Shown: piece by piece, positions 50,846 through 63,545 of the stretch
Layout: each line of letters begins with the position of its first letter
Numbering within the stretch: position 1 is the first letter of the stretch
Notes under the pieces: generated by a model
Databases searched by the model: none
What the model saw: only the letters and a program-made list of their open reading frames with translations
What the model was told of the DNA's origin: nothing
Program-made: the position numbers and the translations under genes
From: Octopus bimaculoides
Taxonomy: Eukaryota
Direction of reading: 5' to 3'
NCBI RefSeq assembly: GCF_001194135.2
Contig: NC_068991.1
Span: 64,178,103 to 64,242,102, forward strand
Length of the DNA: 64,000 nucleotides

Positions 50846-51723
50846 ATATATATATATATATACATATGTGTGTATATATGTGTATGTATGTGTATCAGTT
50901 CTTTACGCGCCTATGATAGCCTATGTGCATAAATGCACATACGAACACACGTACATATCTATATGTGTATTTTAATCTGCACTTGTGTGTAATCAGTCAG
51001 AGAAATAGGCCAGCTAGAGCGCCAGGGAGCCATAGAGAGATTTAAAATGTTATCACGTCTTGTTGAGCATTGTCAAGTAAAACTCACTGAATTACTTTAA
51101 ATACATAATAATTGGATAGTGAAAATTCAAGCGATCTTGTATGTTGTAAATACGGATAGCCTACAGAATTTATAAGCAATTGACGTCCTCTGAAACCATA
51201 AAGCAAACTGGGTATTACAACTACTATTGCAATGTATGTTGTTGGCGTGCATGATTAACTCCGGATTTGCACGATGAAGCAGAACTGTGATCAAAGGTTT
51301 TCCAGACGCTTCTTCTTTCATTTGTAGACATGGTGTATCTAGGACTACAGTACCCACTGTATCACTACCGTTCACCGAAGACGGCATGGTGCGACATTCA
51401 ATATATTAGGCTGTTCATTCGAGCAGATAAAGAAAGACAAAAACATGTACGGCATTGTTATTAGAACGACGTATATTTGAGTTTATGTTTTAGGTAATGG
51501 GTAGGGACCTCAGTGAAAACTAAGGGTCGTGAATGTCCTAAATGACACGAGTCCCGTGCTTATGTGTATGAAATCCTCTCCCGGGTTATGCGTGCACAGT
51601 ATAAGTAACGCATTACATTGTAAGACAAAAAGTAAGAAGCAAATCCAGAATGGAAAACTTGAGGCAGTCTATTAGTTATTTTATCACTCTTCCAGCAGCG
51701 GTTCTCGCTAAAGCGCTTCCAAA

Positions 51724-51974
51724 CCATGGCTATGAGTTTAAAACACTTTTCTTCCACGTGGTTTCATGTTTAGTCTCACTGTACAGCACATTGTGGATGT
51801 GATTCCTGCTATAGCTCCGGGCAAACTAATACTCTGTGAGTGGATTTGGCCAAGTGTCTGCTAATATAGCCTCAGGCCGACCAAAGCTTTGTGAGTGGAT
51901 CTGGTAGACGAAACTGGAAGAAGCCCGTCGTATATATGTATATATGTATATATGTATATATATNNNNNNNNNNN

Positions 51975-52021
<47 letters not shown>

Positions 52022-52245
52022 GTGTGTGTGTATGTGTGTGTGTGTGTGTGTGTGTTTGCGTCTGTGTTTGTCCCCCCGACATCGCTTGACAACCGATGCT
52101 GGTGTGTTTACGTCCCCGTAACTTAGCGATTCGGCAAAAGAGACTGATAGAATAAGTACTAGGCTTACAAAGAATAAGCTCTGGGGTCGATTTGCTCGAC
52201 TAAAGGCGGTGCTCCAGTCAAAATGACTGAAACAAGTAAAAGAGT
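51724..52245 (+). mobile_element. SINE family A: older 5' half fused to a younger head-less copy
   Basis: The segment 'ctatagc..gtgagtggat.tgg' occurs twice (about 51808-51849 and 51865-51905), followed by the standard microsatellite and 3' part. Confidence 0.85.
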
Positions 52246-52635
52246 ATACCAATGGCCAAAACATATGACCATAGATTTATATATATATATATAACAGTTT
52301 TATGTAAGCTTTACTTACCATCAGTAAAATGTATGGGTGTGAGGCGGTTCTGGCTCCAATATGAAAATAGACAATTTTTTGGCTTTGGCTATTGGTATCG
52401 TTTAAAATGTGCCAATTAGCTTCATTATAATTATTAGATATAGAAGTGGATATGAGTGTTCATTAAGCTGGTTTATGTTGTTTTTTTTTTTCATGCCAGA
52501 TTTTGTTCGAATTTCCTTCTTTTACTTTTATTTTTGATTTCCGTAGATTTTAATTAACTTCGCCTGAAAACTCTACTCTCGCCTTCTTAATTAAAATAAT
52601 GGTGTCTTACTTTGATAAGAGGCCAACAGTTTAGG

Positions 52636-52883
52636 CAGGGATGGGCAACTTTTCGTCATCTGGGGGCCGCATCGTACCATTTCCAAGTGGGAGAGGGCTG
52701 CATGAAATATTACTTGCCCACTTTACACTGAATTTTTTGTAGTTTTTCCTGATTTTATTTGTCTTAGCATGAAATGAGTAACTTAGAAACTCGTCGAGAG
52801 CCGCACAACATGTTGAGGGTCGCACAACAACATGTCGAGGGTCGCACAACAACATGTCGAGGGCTGCAGTTTGCCCATGCATG
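52636..52883. mobile_element. hAT-type MITE with an internal 22-bp tandem repeat
   Basis: Imperfect TIRs cagggatgggcaac/gtttgcccatgcatg; 'cgcacaacaacatgtcgagggt' about 3 times at 52802-52866. The TSD is not clearly preserved. Confidence 0.7.
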
Positions 52884-52894
52884 GTTCAGAAGGA

Positions 52895-53040
52895 ATCCAG
52901 CATTTGACCCGTACTTTATTTTATCGATCCTAGGGGGATGAGAGACAAATTTGACCTCAGTACATAATGAAGTAAAACGAATGCTGCAAAATAATTCTGC
53001 AGCTCTAACGATTCTGGCAGATCACATCTCTAATCAAGAG
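52895..53040 (-). mobile_element. SINE family C, partial and degenerate
   Basis: 'tactttattttatcgatcc..gggatga..aaatttgacctc','ctaacgattctggcag'. Confidence 0.65.
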
Positions 53041-53469
53041 ATATTCACCACATGTAGAAGTAGCTCAATGACAGGTGGAAATTTCTTTAATTAAAATCAT
53101 ATTTAAAGCTATGTAAGTGTATATGGAAACAGCTATACGCAAGCAGTAGGAGGAAAATGATATACAGGAAAAACAAAAGATTTTACTCTGCAAGCATTGG
53201 CATTCTTTACCTCAAAATACCAATTAAGAGAAGCTCATAACGAATTTATTAATATTAACAATATAATTAAAAAAATAAACTGACTAAAAAGCCCTTCCAA
53301 AAGCATAAAGAAACTTTTAGCCATACATATTTATGAATGAGTAAAATAATACTTAGTGACAATGTCTTACTCACTGAACTAGTTTAGCACATTCTATGCA
53401 GAGGTAACCCTTCTGTCTCATTCTCTGTATATTCTTTCAGTCCATTTGTTAGCTATATAAATTAGGACC

Positions 53470-53485
53470 AACAACAACAACAGCA

Positions 53486-53537
<52 letters not shown>

Positions 53538-53540
53538 TTA
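53470..53540. repeat. (AAC)n-(ACT)n microsatellite
   Basis: Directly visible. Confidence 0.95.
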
Positions 53541-54539
53541 GATCATATGATGTACTTCATTATTCTCGTTGCAAGAATGCATGAATGCATATTTATCTGC
53601 TAGTGAATTATTTGTAATCGATTCCTTCTTTTGGCTTGCATTTGAATTTATAATTACATACTTGTATATGTAAAGCTGTCTGTCGCTTGTGAATGTATTT
53701 TATTATGAATATGAAATTAACCCGTGCTCTTAATTCTTGTTTGTTATCTGCTTATTTACATTTATAACTTCACTATTTATTTTGATATTGGCATAAGCAC
53801 AACCAATAATATATTTCTAATAATTTATATTTGAAAGTTTGTATTCTACTTCAATATTTCTATACTTTGGGGATAGTGCACACATCTATATCATAATGGA
53901 GAAAGCTGCTTATTAATTAGGCATGTAACAGTTACTAAAAGAAAGTAATTATTAAAGGCTTGACCATCTGGAAATATTTTATAAATCGATGTTTCAAGAA
54001 ATTTCCTACAATTTCGATTTCTGTGAGTTTATTGAATTTTTGAACTCCAATTTTTCACTAATTTAAATATTTATTGCATTCTCTGCGGAGTACTCCGTTT
54101 TCATTTGCAAAGTATCTCTCTCTGTTTCAATGTTTTCATTTCAAGTTTTAATTCGCTATTTGCAAAACCCACAGTTTATTCTGTACACGTAATGTAAGAA
54201 CATTATTTATTGAATGAAAAAAATTTTATATACCAGTATAATAATATTTGTAAAAAAACATTATGAAGTGATTTTGTTGTTGTGGCTGTTTGGAATGCTA
54301 TAAACCTTACAATAATAGCTATCCGGACAAATTTTGGCTATTTTTTTTTCTTAAAAACCATGGGAGCAGCCTTTACGGTAAAAAAAAAATTAGATATTTT
54401 CAGAGGAATACCTGAACAATTCAAGGGAGGTTTAGCTGTTGTTTCTAGCACGACCCAACCACCTTCCGTTTTCACTCTCACTTGTATTGATGTTCTTTCA
54501 ATTTTTTCTCTCATTAAGCACATTTTATGGAATGATGAT

Positions 54540-54597
54540 GCTGAAGTACGCGTGGTCTTCGGCATCACGCGTACTTCAGCGATGTCGAAGTACGCGT
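54540..54597. other. Perfect 15-bp inverted repeat with a third motif copy (hairpin/cruciform)
   Basis: gctgaagtacgcgtg (54540-54) / cacgcgtacttcagc (54566-80); loop gtcttcggcat; third gaagtacgcgt at 54587-97. Confidence 0.9.
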
Positions 54598-54870
54598 CGA
54601 ATATAAATAAACTAGAGAAAAAATTGTACTCTCAATTTTTACCTCCAGTTCAATCAAATGAAGATATGTGTGTAAGAAAAAGTGTTTTCTTACAGAAAAG
54701 TATGCTATTAAAATGAATTATCGTTTACGTAACTCTTTCTTTAAATCACTGTGCTAGCAATGACCTCAAGCTCTCCAATATTTTAAATTATAAACAGAAA
54801 CGATCGGGGGCAAGGAGTGGGGTTGCAAAAAAAATCATAATTTTTCTACAGTTATTTGTATCATAGCACA

Positions 54871-55216
54871 AGTTGATCCGATCAACGGAACAGCCTGCTC
54901 GTGAAATTAACTTGCAGGTGGTTGAGCACTCCACAGACACGTGTACCCTTAACGTAGTTCTCGGGGATATTCAGCGTGACACAGTGTGACAAGGCTGACC
55001 CTTTGAATTACAGGCACAACAGAAACAGGAAGTAAGGGTGAGAGAAAGTTGTGGTGAAAGAGAACAGCAGGGTTCGCCACCATCCCCTGCCGGAGCCTCG
55101 TTGAGCTTTTAGGTGTTTTTGCTCAATAAACTCTCGCAATGCTCGGTCTTGGAATCGAAACCACGATCCTACGACTGCAAGCCCGCTGCCCTAACTACTG
55201 GGCCATTGCACCTCCA
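54871..55216 (-). mobile_element. SINE family B, slightly 3'-truncated
   Basis: Near-identical body to 29290-29617; head 'tggaggtgcaatggcccagtagttagggc'. Confidence 0.92.
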
Positions 55217-55420
55217 CAGTTATTTGTTTTTTTTTCCTCTAAAAAATTGGGCTGTGATTCAAATGAGATTTGTTCCCTGTCTATTAGAGGTCGAACGACT
55301 GCATGGATACTTAACCAAATGTAGAAGGACAGGAATGAGACAAGAAAAATGAATGCTGGTTCTTCAGGTGTAAACAGATAGGAATTTCAGGATTATGTAA
55401 TAAAATTCAAGAAAACACAT

Positions 55421-55647
55421 TCTTTTATTCTTCTACTTCTTTCAGTCATTTGACTGCGGCCATGCTGGAGCACCGCCTTTTAGTCGAGCAAATCGACCCC
55501 AGGACTTATTCTATGTAAGCCTAGTGCTTATTCTATCGGTCTCTTTTTTCCGAACCGCTAAGTTACGGGGACGCGTAAACACACCAGTATCGGTTGTCAA
55601 TTGACGTTGGGAGGACAAACAAAGACACACAAACATACACACACAAA

Positions 55648-55690
<43 letters not shown>

Positions 55691-55787
55691 ACGACGGGCT
55701 TCTTTCAGTTTCCGTCTACCAAATTCACTCACAAGGCTTTGGTCGGCCCGAGGTTATAGTAGAAGACACTTGCCCAATGTGCCACAC
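55421..55787 (-). mobile_element. SINE family A, head-truncated
   Basis: 'ttcagtcatttgactgcggccatgctggagcaccgcc..agaagacacttgcccaa'. Confidence 0.93.
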
Positions 55788-55857
55788 GAAAGATTAATAT
55801 ATTGTTCTTATGTTTGAGCGTGTTTTAAAATATTTAATCTTTCACTTATTTTAAAAT

Positions 55858-56174
55858 GTGGCATTTATTCTCTCGGTGTCTTTTGCCGAATTGCTAGATT
55901 ACAGGGACGAAAACAAACCAACATCATTTCTTCAGCGGGGGAGAAACTCAAACACAGAAAAGCACACACACACATGACAAGAACACAAATTTACATGTGT
56001 GTATGTAATATGGGCTTCCTCACAGTTTCCGTCCACAAGATTTACTCGCAAGGCATCGGTCAGCGCGGGGCTGTAGTAGAAAACACTTGCCCAAGGTGTC
56101 ACGCAATGGAAACTGAACTCGAAACCACGTGACCACAGAGCAAGCTTGCTAACCACACAGCCATGCTTGCACCT
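55858..56174 (-). mobile_element. SINE family A, older subfamily copy
   Basis: 'gtcttttgccgaattgctag','acacttgcccaaggtgtcacgca','aaccacacagccatgcttgcacc'. Confidence 0.8.
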
Positions 56175-56854
56175 TTTGCCAAACACTTTTGTTTATCTTT
56201 GAAATTCACTCTTGTTGTTATCTTAAGTTCTATCATTCATTTCTTCGACTCTACGATTTTATCTTGTTTCACGTCTATTTGCTATGTAAGGCGAAGTAAC
56301 GCTCTTTCATGAGGCGGACACGTCAACAGAAACGCTGCCAAATCGAGCAAAACCTATTCACATCATGTAGCAGCTAGGTTTCGAAGTTCAATATAATATA
56401 AAAGTATGTTGGTGGTGTCTACACGAAACCATACGATCTATTTGTTATGGTATCGATTTATAACATTGGCACATGTCCAGACAATTTTCGAGATGCTACG
56501 ATCGATTAACCCCCGGACGAATTAAACATAAAACTGATTCCGGTGTAGTTTGAACTTAGAGTGTGTGAAGAATTAACTCTCTGCAACGAAGGAATTACTG
56601 AGTCGCAGAAAAATTCTTGCTTCTCACCCCGACACTCACCTTTCCTATTGAATTATTACATCGAGAATGGTTTTGTAGTTTGAAATGTCCAGTTACGGGT
56701 TTCAAAGCATCCTGGTGTTTTTTTTTCTTTCTTTCTCAAAGGTATTGCTGAAAGCGATCGATATCCTTGCGGCTAGTTTCAACGATCGAAGTCAATTTCG
56801 CAGTGTTTATAAACTTGTTGTTCGGACCGGCTACAAGTGGAGACAGTGTTAGAA

Positions 56855-56897
<43 letters not shown>

Positions 56898-57365
56898 CAT
56901 ATCCACACTCACATATAAATATATATATACACACATACATATATGTATGTATATATACTTATCCATATACGCGTACATACATACATACATACATACATAC
57001 GTACGTACGTACATATCCTGAGAAGAATTGAATGACAAATTTCTACGTGAGTTTCTTCGGGATAAATGAAATTGTCCATTTCAAAATTGCTATAAAAGAA
57101 AGACGATAAGAAAAAAGTAAAAGAAATGTTACAACATCATCCCAGTTATTATATAAACAACATGACCTGTTTAACGTTAAGCAGGTGATCTTAAACTATT
57201 ATTCCCGTTTTGCTATATGCATTTAATTAATTACTTAAGTTCCATACCTTCTTAATATTTGTTTTACAAGTGCAATATGTACTACCTTTCTACATTACTT
57301 TTTCTTAATAAAAAAAAACCGTTTCTCCTATCTATGAGAGTCCATATCAATATCTTAATTACAAC

Positions 57366-57560
57366 AAGGCGGCGAACTGGTAGAAACGTTAGCACACCGG
57401 GGCGGGGGGGATAAATACTTAGCGGTATTTCGTCTATCTTTATGCTCTGAGTTCCAATTCCGCTGAGGTTGACTTTACCTTTCACTGGTACTTAATTTAT
57501 CGATCTCAAAAGGATGAAGGGCAGGCTCAACCACGGCGGAATTTGAACTCAGAACGTAAT
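57366..57560. mobile_element. Two SINE family C halves in inverted arrangement (+57366-57483, -57484-57560)
   Basis: +: 'ggcggcgaactggtagaaacgttagcacacc..gagttccaattccgctgagg'; then the reverse complement 'ggcggaatttgaactcagaacgtaa'. Confidence 0.8.
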
Positions 57561-58076
57561 GAACTTAATAATAAGAATTCATATGTAGATTAACTCAGTT
57601 TTTGACGATTTGTCTCTTGCTTTCCTCACTCACTCAATTTCTTTCTTTCGCTCCCTCTCGGTATATTGACACATAATGTTTTGTTTTTTTAAATTTCTTG
57701 CCGATTCGTCATTTTGATCCTGAGGGTTATATATGTGAGATTAATTATACTGAACTTCGTTAGTGGAACCAAATAACGTACACCAGACTGGTCTACTAAG
57801 CTGAAAATGGAGCAAACCTGAAGGACAGGTTTGCAGTAACAAATATAATTAGTATTCGGATTAGTGTCAAGCAAGATCGACCTCGGTCCCATTTAAACAG
57901 AGAGAGAGGAAATTGTAAACACTGAGAATAAATGGTTTTAGTTCGGTGCTCTATATTTCCTGATGGACTATACTTCATAACACACACACACACACACACC
58001 ACGCACACGCATATACACTAAGACACATACATCGATAGACAGACGGAAGCTTACGTATACACACATACACACACAG

Positions 58077-58111
<35 letters not shown>

Positions 58112-58112
<1 letters not shown>

Positions 58113-58508
58113 TTTTACTCTTTTATTCTTTTACTTGTATCAGTCATTCGACTGTGGCCATGATGAAGCACTGCCTTGAAAGGTCTTATTCGAGCAAATC
58201 GACCCCAGAACATATTTCCTTTAGGTGAAGGGACTTAAACACGCCAACGCCGGTTGTCAAGCGGTGATGGGGAGACAAACACAGACACAAAGGCGCAAAC
58301 ACACACACGCACACACATGCACACACATACACACATATACACACATACGATGGGTTTCTTTTATTTTCCGTCTACCAAATCTACTCACATAGCTTTGGTC
58401 GATTCGAGGTTATAGTGGAAGTCATTTGCTCAAGGTGCCATGTAGTGGGACTGAACCCGGAACCATGTGGTTGGGAAACAAGCATTTTACCACACAGCCA
58501 CACCTGCA
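58112..58508 (-). mobile_element. SINE family A, near full length
   Basis: Tail (cttttact) repeats, 'cagtcattcgactgtggccatg', head reverse complement 'ttttaccacacagccacacctgcac'. Confidence 0.9.
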
Positions 58509-58989
58509 CACACACACAGACATGTATGCAGATAAATATCTACATATATTCATGCTTATAACAAAAAAGCAGCAGATAAGGAACGAAGAATGAAGACGTT
58601 GATAATTCTTAATTTATGGTTCCACTGAAAATCAGTTTGAATTTTATGAATAAAGTTTAAAGGTTGTAATTATAGATATTTTAAATATTTCGAAATTTCA
58701 TAAAGATTAAAAGTGCATCTTGAATGCATGAATATGTAATTATAAAAACAAATAAATGAATCAGTAGAAAAAAAAATCGTTTAAAATGTAAATAAAAAAT
58801 ATTACATGCTATAAATATATACATGAATCAATATTTTTTTTAAATCGATTCATAAAAAAGCGATATATAAAGAGAAGCAAAAAATAAAAATAAAAAATAA
58901 AATTCAGTCTAAAAACTGAAGAGGAATTGGTTGGAATAGAGAACATAATATTTATGGAGCTTTCGCTGTTTTAATGGCTTTTAGCTTTT

Positions 58990-59250
58990 CGGAGGTAGTT
59001 GGTCCTGCGCCAGTTCCACTCAGGTGCTCCCGATTCACCCATCTCTTCCTTTAATCAGCTATATAATATCCCACCACCACCACCGTCACCACTACAACGA
59101 CCCAATTTCCATTTCTGCGAGTCCTTCCGCACGAGAACGGTGGACTTCTGGCAGCTCGTCTTTGCCCATGTTTTTCCTGAGGGTGTTGTCATATAACGGA
59201 ATCAGCACAGCGATAATGTCATCAATTTCACAGCAGATCATGTGAACCAC
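58990..59250 (+). mobile_element. Possible CR1/L2-clade LINE C-terminal fossil
   Basis: ESFRTRTVDFWQLVFAHVFP resembles SFF.RT...WN.LP..VFP, also seen at 33200 and 47900. Confidence 0.4.
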
Positions 59251-59479
59251 TACTATCTTCATACTAAGCAGCTAACAGAAATGAACTCGCAAGCAAGAAA
59301 TAAACGCGTAGAGATGTGAGAAACTGGATCTGAAGATATATGAATATACAACAAATGTAAATGATCAGTACATTTGGATTAGGAGATGGGTTTAAAACTG
59401 TCCTTTGAAAGGTAAGGAACTGGTTGTGACGAATGCTGCAGAATATAGTATCAGCGTTAAATGATAAAAGCTGTGTGCA

Positions 59480-60560
59480 TTGCACCATGTATACTAAATA
59501 AGTGGTGCGGGCTCTCGGTGTTGTATAAAAGATACCGATTATGTTGGCATATCAGCTAATTAACTTTTTGACTTGTTAAATGGGCCTTTGTCCATTTACC
59601 AACTCGATTTAAATCCTATTAAAAAGTCATAGATTTTGTTTTGGATGGGCTCAACATAGACCAATGAGCCTAATTCGGGGCATTTAGTTTGTAGTGTCGA
59701 TTTTTATAGTATGCTCTTATGCAGTGTATGTTTCCGTTATAAATGGTGTTCTATCCATATTTAATACAAAAATTTCAACTTATTCAACCTGGAACTTGCT
59801 TTCATTTGATTTTTTCTAATATGTAGAATTGTACTGGGAATTTGAATTTTAAACAATTAGGTATTCCTCTGTGTGGTGTGCTCCTTATGTTTTTGCATAA
59901 AATATCGATGAGACAGTTTGTGGGATTAATGTTGGAATAGCGTTGGGTTTGGTGGCGTATGGCTTTCAAATTTGGTGTTTCTGATACGATTTTAGGCGTG
60001 CAGTTGTAACTTTGTTTAACGTTGTTTGTGATAAATATTTCACGGATTGAGTGATTTGGGGGAAACGGGTCTCGTACAAAAGGAAAATAATTGCTAGTGA
60101 CCCTTGGCTTAGCGTTCAAGGGGAAAGCAGGATTTGAGTCATATTTTGCGTTTACGTTCATTATCGAGTCTCAGGTGTGTGCTATGCATTGGATTTTGTC
60201 CTTGAGGTAGCTTAATATCAGCACCAAAATAACATTAAGATGATCCGGTGAGAGTGCCCACATCTTAGGATATAACTGAGAAGCATATATTTTCAACTAT
60301 GTTCTTTATGAATTTTAAGCGGTTGGAGATTTGTCAATGTATAGTAGCTTTTTGTTGGGTTTTCTTAAGAGGTGATAAACGTCACTGACACAATTAGTGT
60401 GCTAACAAATTAACCTTATTTGGGTTTGTGGAGATTGCGACTTATAGATTCAGATATTCGAATATTAATGAAGTTAATGTTTTCCTACAATTGTCTAGAT
60501 GGCGTGCCTTCTTATTTTTAGGTATCAGATTTTAGTTGTCAGTCGTTGCACCTTAGTGAA
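59480..60560 (-). mobile_element. Penelope-like element (PLE) fossil: RT thumb, linker and GIY-YIG region
   Basis: RKPNKKLLYIDKS (cf. RKP....YI...SNHP), RKRKI..NPAF (cf. RKR.IIWFNPP), FPPNHSIREIFITNNVKQSYNCTP (cf. HFP..H...KIFN.N.VK.SYSC.P), and a downstream IGLC motif. Confidence 0.75.
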
Positions 60561-61304
60561 ATTCGTGTGTAATGTGTAGTACACATAGAAACTTATGATT
60601 TTACAACTCTTTCAGTCAACCGGCTGGCACATTGTAGAATGTATGGTTGATGTACATTATTATCTTGATTTCCTAAGCGGTAATCTCTATGTAGTTTTTG
60701 TGAAGGGAAGATCTTTGAGAAGTTGGAGTTTAATCATTAATATGCTCTCATTCCCCAATCACACATCACTGGTTCGGAAACACGTTCATATCCATGTGCT
60801 TATTGCAAGATCGTTAACAGAAGCTCTCTAAGAATATTTCATATGAAATATATTTTCCATTCAGGTCAAACTTGCAAATCGCTGTTTATCTATACAAATG
60901 TTAATTTTTATGAATACTTGCAAATTTTTATACCTGTTTACTTTATAAGAATCCACTCTTTATAAGAATCCACTCTCTAATCATTATCAGATCATACACT
61001 TGAAACGTGGGAACAAAAAGCTCCCAGTAGTCACTTTCTGAAACTCAGTAACTACATAACTTACAAGAACACAAACGTAAATTCATTGATAAATTTACTG
61101 GTTATTAAACTCAATTAAAATCCACATCAACAGAATATATAGGATGAGCCTACTTAAAATTACCATCGTAATGTACTTAAACGCGTTGCTGATGTTAACA
61201 GATACTTGATATACGCAATTTGAGGCTGTAGATTAGAATACATTGATAACCAAGCCTCTGATTTACAAACTTTAACATTTGAAAGTCTATACAACGAGTG
61301 TCTT

Positions 61305-61585
61305 TGCTGAGAGGTTATGGTAAGATCATGATTTCGATTTCTGGCGGCATGTTGTGTCATGGAGCAAGACACTTTAGTTCATGTTCCATCAGGCCACTCA
61401 AACATGAGTAGTAATTGTGTTTCAAAGCCTTGTCACATTCTGTATCACGCTGAAAATCCCTCAGAAATGTAAACATCTCTGTAGAATAATGAGCCAATTG
61501 CACATTAATTTCACAAGCAGACCGTTCTGCTGGTCGGCTAAACTGGATCTCTCGTCGTCATAAACGACCCAGTGCCAGTTATTAT
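61305..61585 (+). mobile_element. SINE family B, old diverged copy
   Basis: 'ccttgtcacattctgtatcacgctgaa..gcacattaatttcacaagcagaccgttc..aactggatctctcgtcgtc' is collinear with the reverse complement of 29260-29420. Confidence 0.75.
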
Positions 61586-61940
61586 CGATCTGGAAATCTA
61601 AAACATATTGCGTGCTACACGAAGACTGGTTTTCTTTGATAAAGCGTTCTATTTCTCTCCCCACGCATTCTCTTTCACATTTTTTTCTGTGCCCCTTTTC
61701 TCTCTCTCTCTCTCTCTCATCAATTACCTCTCTGAAAATTCTACCAGATAGAGCCAGGATATTTCAGCTGTTACAGACCAATAGACCAAAGGTCACCGAT
61801 GGTGGATTTCCATCTTTCAAACCTGTGGAATCAGTTGCTCGATCGAGTGAATTATCTGCTCCTGTATTACTAAGACACGATCACACGTAATGCACTTCTA
61901 AGGCAGAATCAAATGCAACAGAGAGTGTGAGAAAGCTGTA

Positions 61941-62791
61941 CGAGGGTATACCCAAAAGTAACAAGAAATGTTCCCTGAGGGACAAGCCTGTTGTAGTTCG
62001 GGCTTCCACCGCTAGAAGCTACTTGATACGGTATCAGTCTACCAACCGGCATTGTCCAGTGAGGTCATACTGCCACGTGGTGCTTCTTTCTTTTGCAGTG
62101 TTTTTCCCCTGTTCGTCTACTTTTGAGATGGCTGAAACGAAGGAATAGCGTACTTTCGTGAAATTCTGTTTTCTGCTGGGGAAAACGGCGGCCGAAACAA
62201 TTGTCATTCTCCAGACAGTTTACACGAACGATGCCATGAGCGAAACATAAGCTTACGGGTGTTTTCACGCTTTTCGAATGGTCACTTGTCGCTTGAAGAC
62301 CAACCTCGTTCAAGGCGACCGTCGACCTCCCGGACGTATGAGAACATCATGAAAACTCAAGAAGAACGCCGCCGAACAATTGACGAACTATTGTCTGGTG
62401 CTTTTGCCAACGAATATTGAGCGAGAAATTATGAGTGAATAGAGTTACAAAAAAATCTGTACCTCGAAAGCAGTCAAGACTAAATGCATGTCGTGCACTG
62501 AATGAACAGCTGAAAGTTGATCCGGACCTTTTTTCGAAGGTCATCAGTGGGAACGAAATCTGGTGCTACGGAATTTGCAGATGTGGAAGAAGTGAAGAAA
62601 GAAACGCTGCAGGCTTTAAAAGGCATCACTTCGCAAGAATTCCAACACTACTTCCTACAGTGGAAAACGCATCTGCACCGATGCATTGATTCAAATGGAG
62701 AATACTTTGAAAGCGATAAAAGAGAAAACATATAAAACTAAGTGAATAAAACAATATTGCAAAATTCCAATTTCTTTTGTGTACCCCTTCG
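61941..62791 (+). mobile_element. Internally deleted mariner element (about 850 bp)
   Basis: TA-flanked TIRs cgagggtatacccaaaagtaa/tttcttttgtgtaccccttcg. From 62128: MAETKE*RTFVKFCFLLGKTAAET..EDQPRSRRPSTSRT; then DPDLFSKVISGNEIWCYG; then a deletion to FADVEEVK..NGEYFE. Confidence 0.88.
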
Positions 62792-62968
62792 TACTAAGTG
62801 AATGAGAGGTGCAAACCAATCGAAGGTCTTCTATGTAGGTACCGTCTACTAGAAATTATTGGCAAAGCATAGATCGGCCCTAAATTAGGAAAAAATATTA
62901 TCGTCTAAGATGGCACCCAGTGGGAACCCGGAATTTCATAGTTACGAAGTGAAATCATAAACATTCAG

Positions 62969-63005
<37 letters not shown>

Positions 63006-63465
63006 AATTTCAGCGTGGAAGACATAAATTAGTCATTCGGAAACACACGAAGACTGTTAATATCACTGAAACATATATTTACTGCGACCTGCTCAATGTC
63101 AAACACGTATATATATATGGTTTCTACAGTAAAGGAAGGCGATGATCTTGGTTTTCTTTTTTTCTTATTTCTTCTTGTTCCACTTTTTGCACCAATTTTC
63201 TTCACGTATTTTTCTTCTCATTTTTTCTTATTTCCTCACAATCCAGCGTCCTCACTTTCAAATGCATTTAATGTATAAAAAGAGCCTGAAATATTGCTTA
63301 GAGATACATGCCATGTTTTATAATCTGCCAATTTAAAGTATCGTTAAGCATGAAACCATTAATAGCTCTTTCGTAATGGTGTGTTAAATTGATGTGCTGT
63401 TTAGTTAGATATAGCTTGTGCCTTCACTGGGTGCGAAACTTATGTAAGTACTTAAGTATATATAC

Positions 63466-63469
<4 letters not shown>

Positions 63470-63528
<59 letters not shown>

Positions 63529-63545
63529 AGAGGTAGATAGATAGA
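63470..63545. repeat. (AG)n microsatellite
   Basis: Directly visible. Confidence 0.95.

Noticed and set aside
51127-51387. 86-aa minus-strand ORF
   Set aside because: No homology recognised, and it overlaps what appears to be an old interspersed repeat ('gtgtatctaggactaca').
54282-54716. 144-aa ORF with a hydrophobic look
   Set aside because: No recognisable domain, it starts at a non-ATG codon, and it overlaps a probable repeat containing the hairpin.
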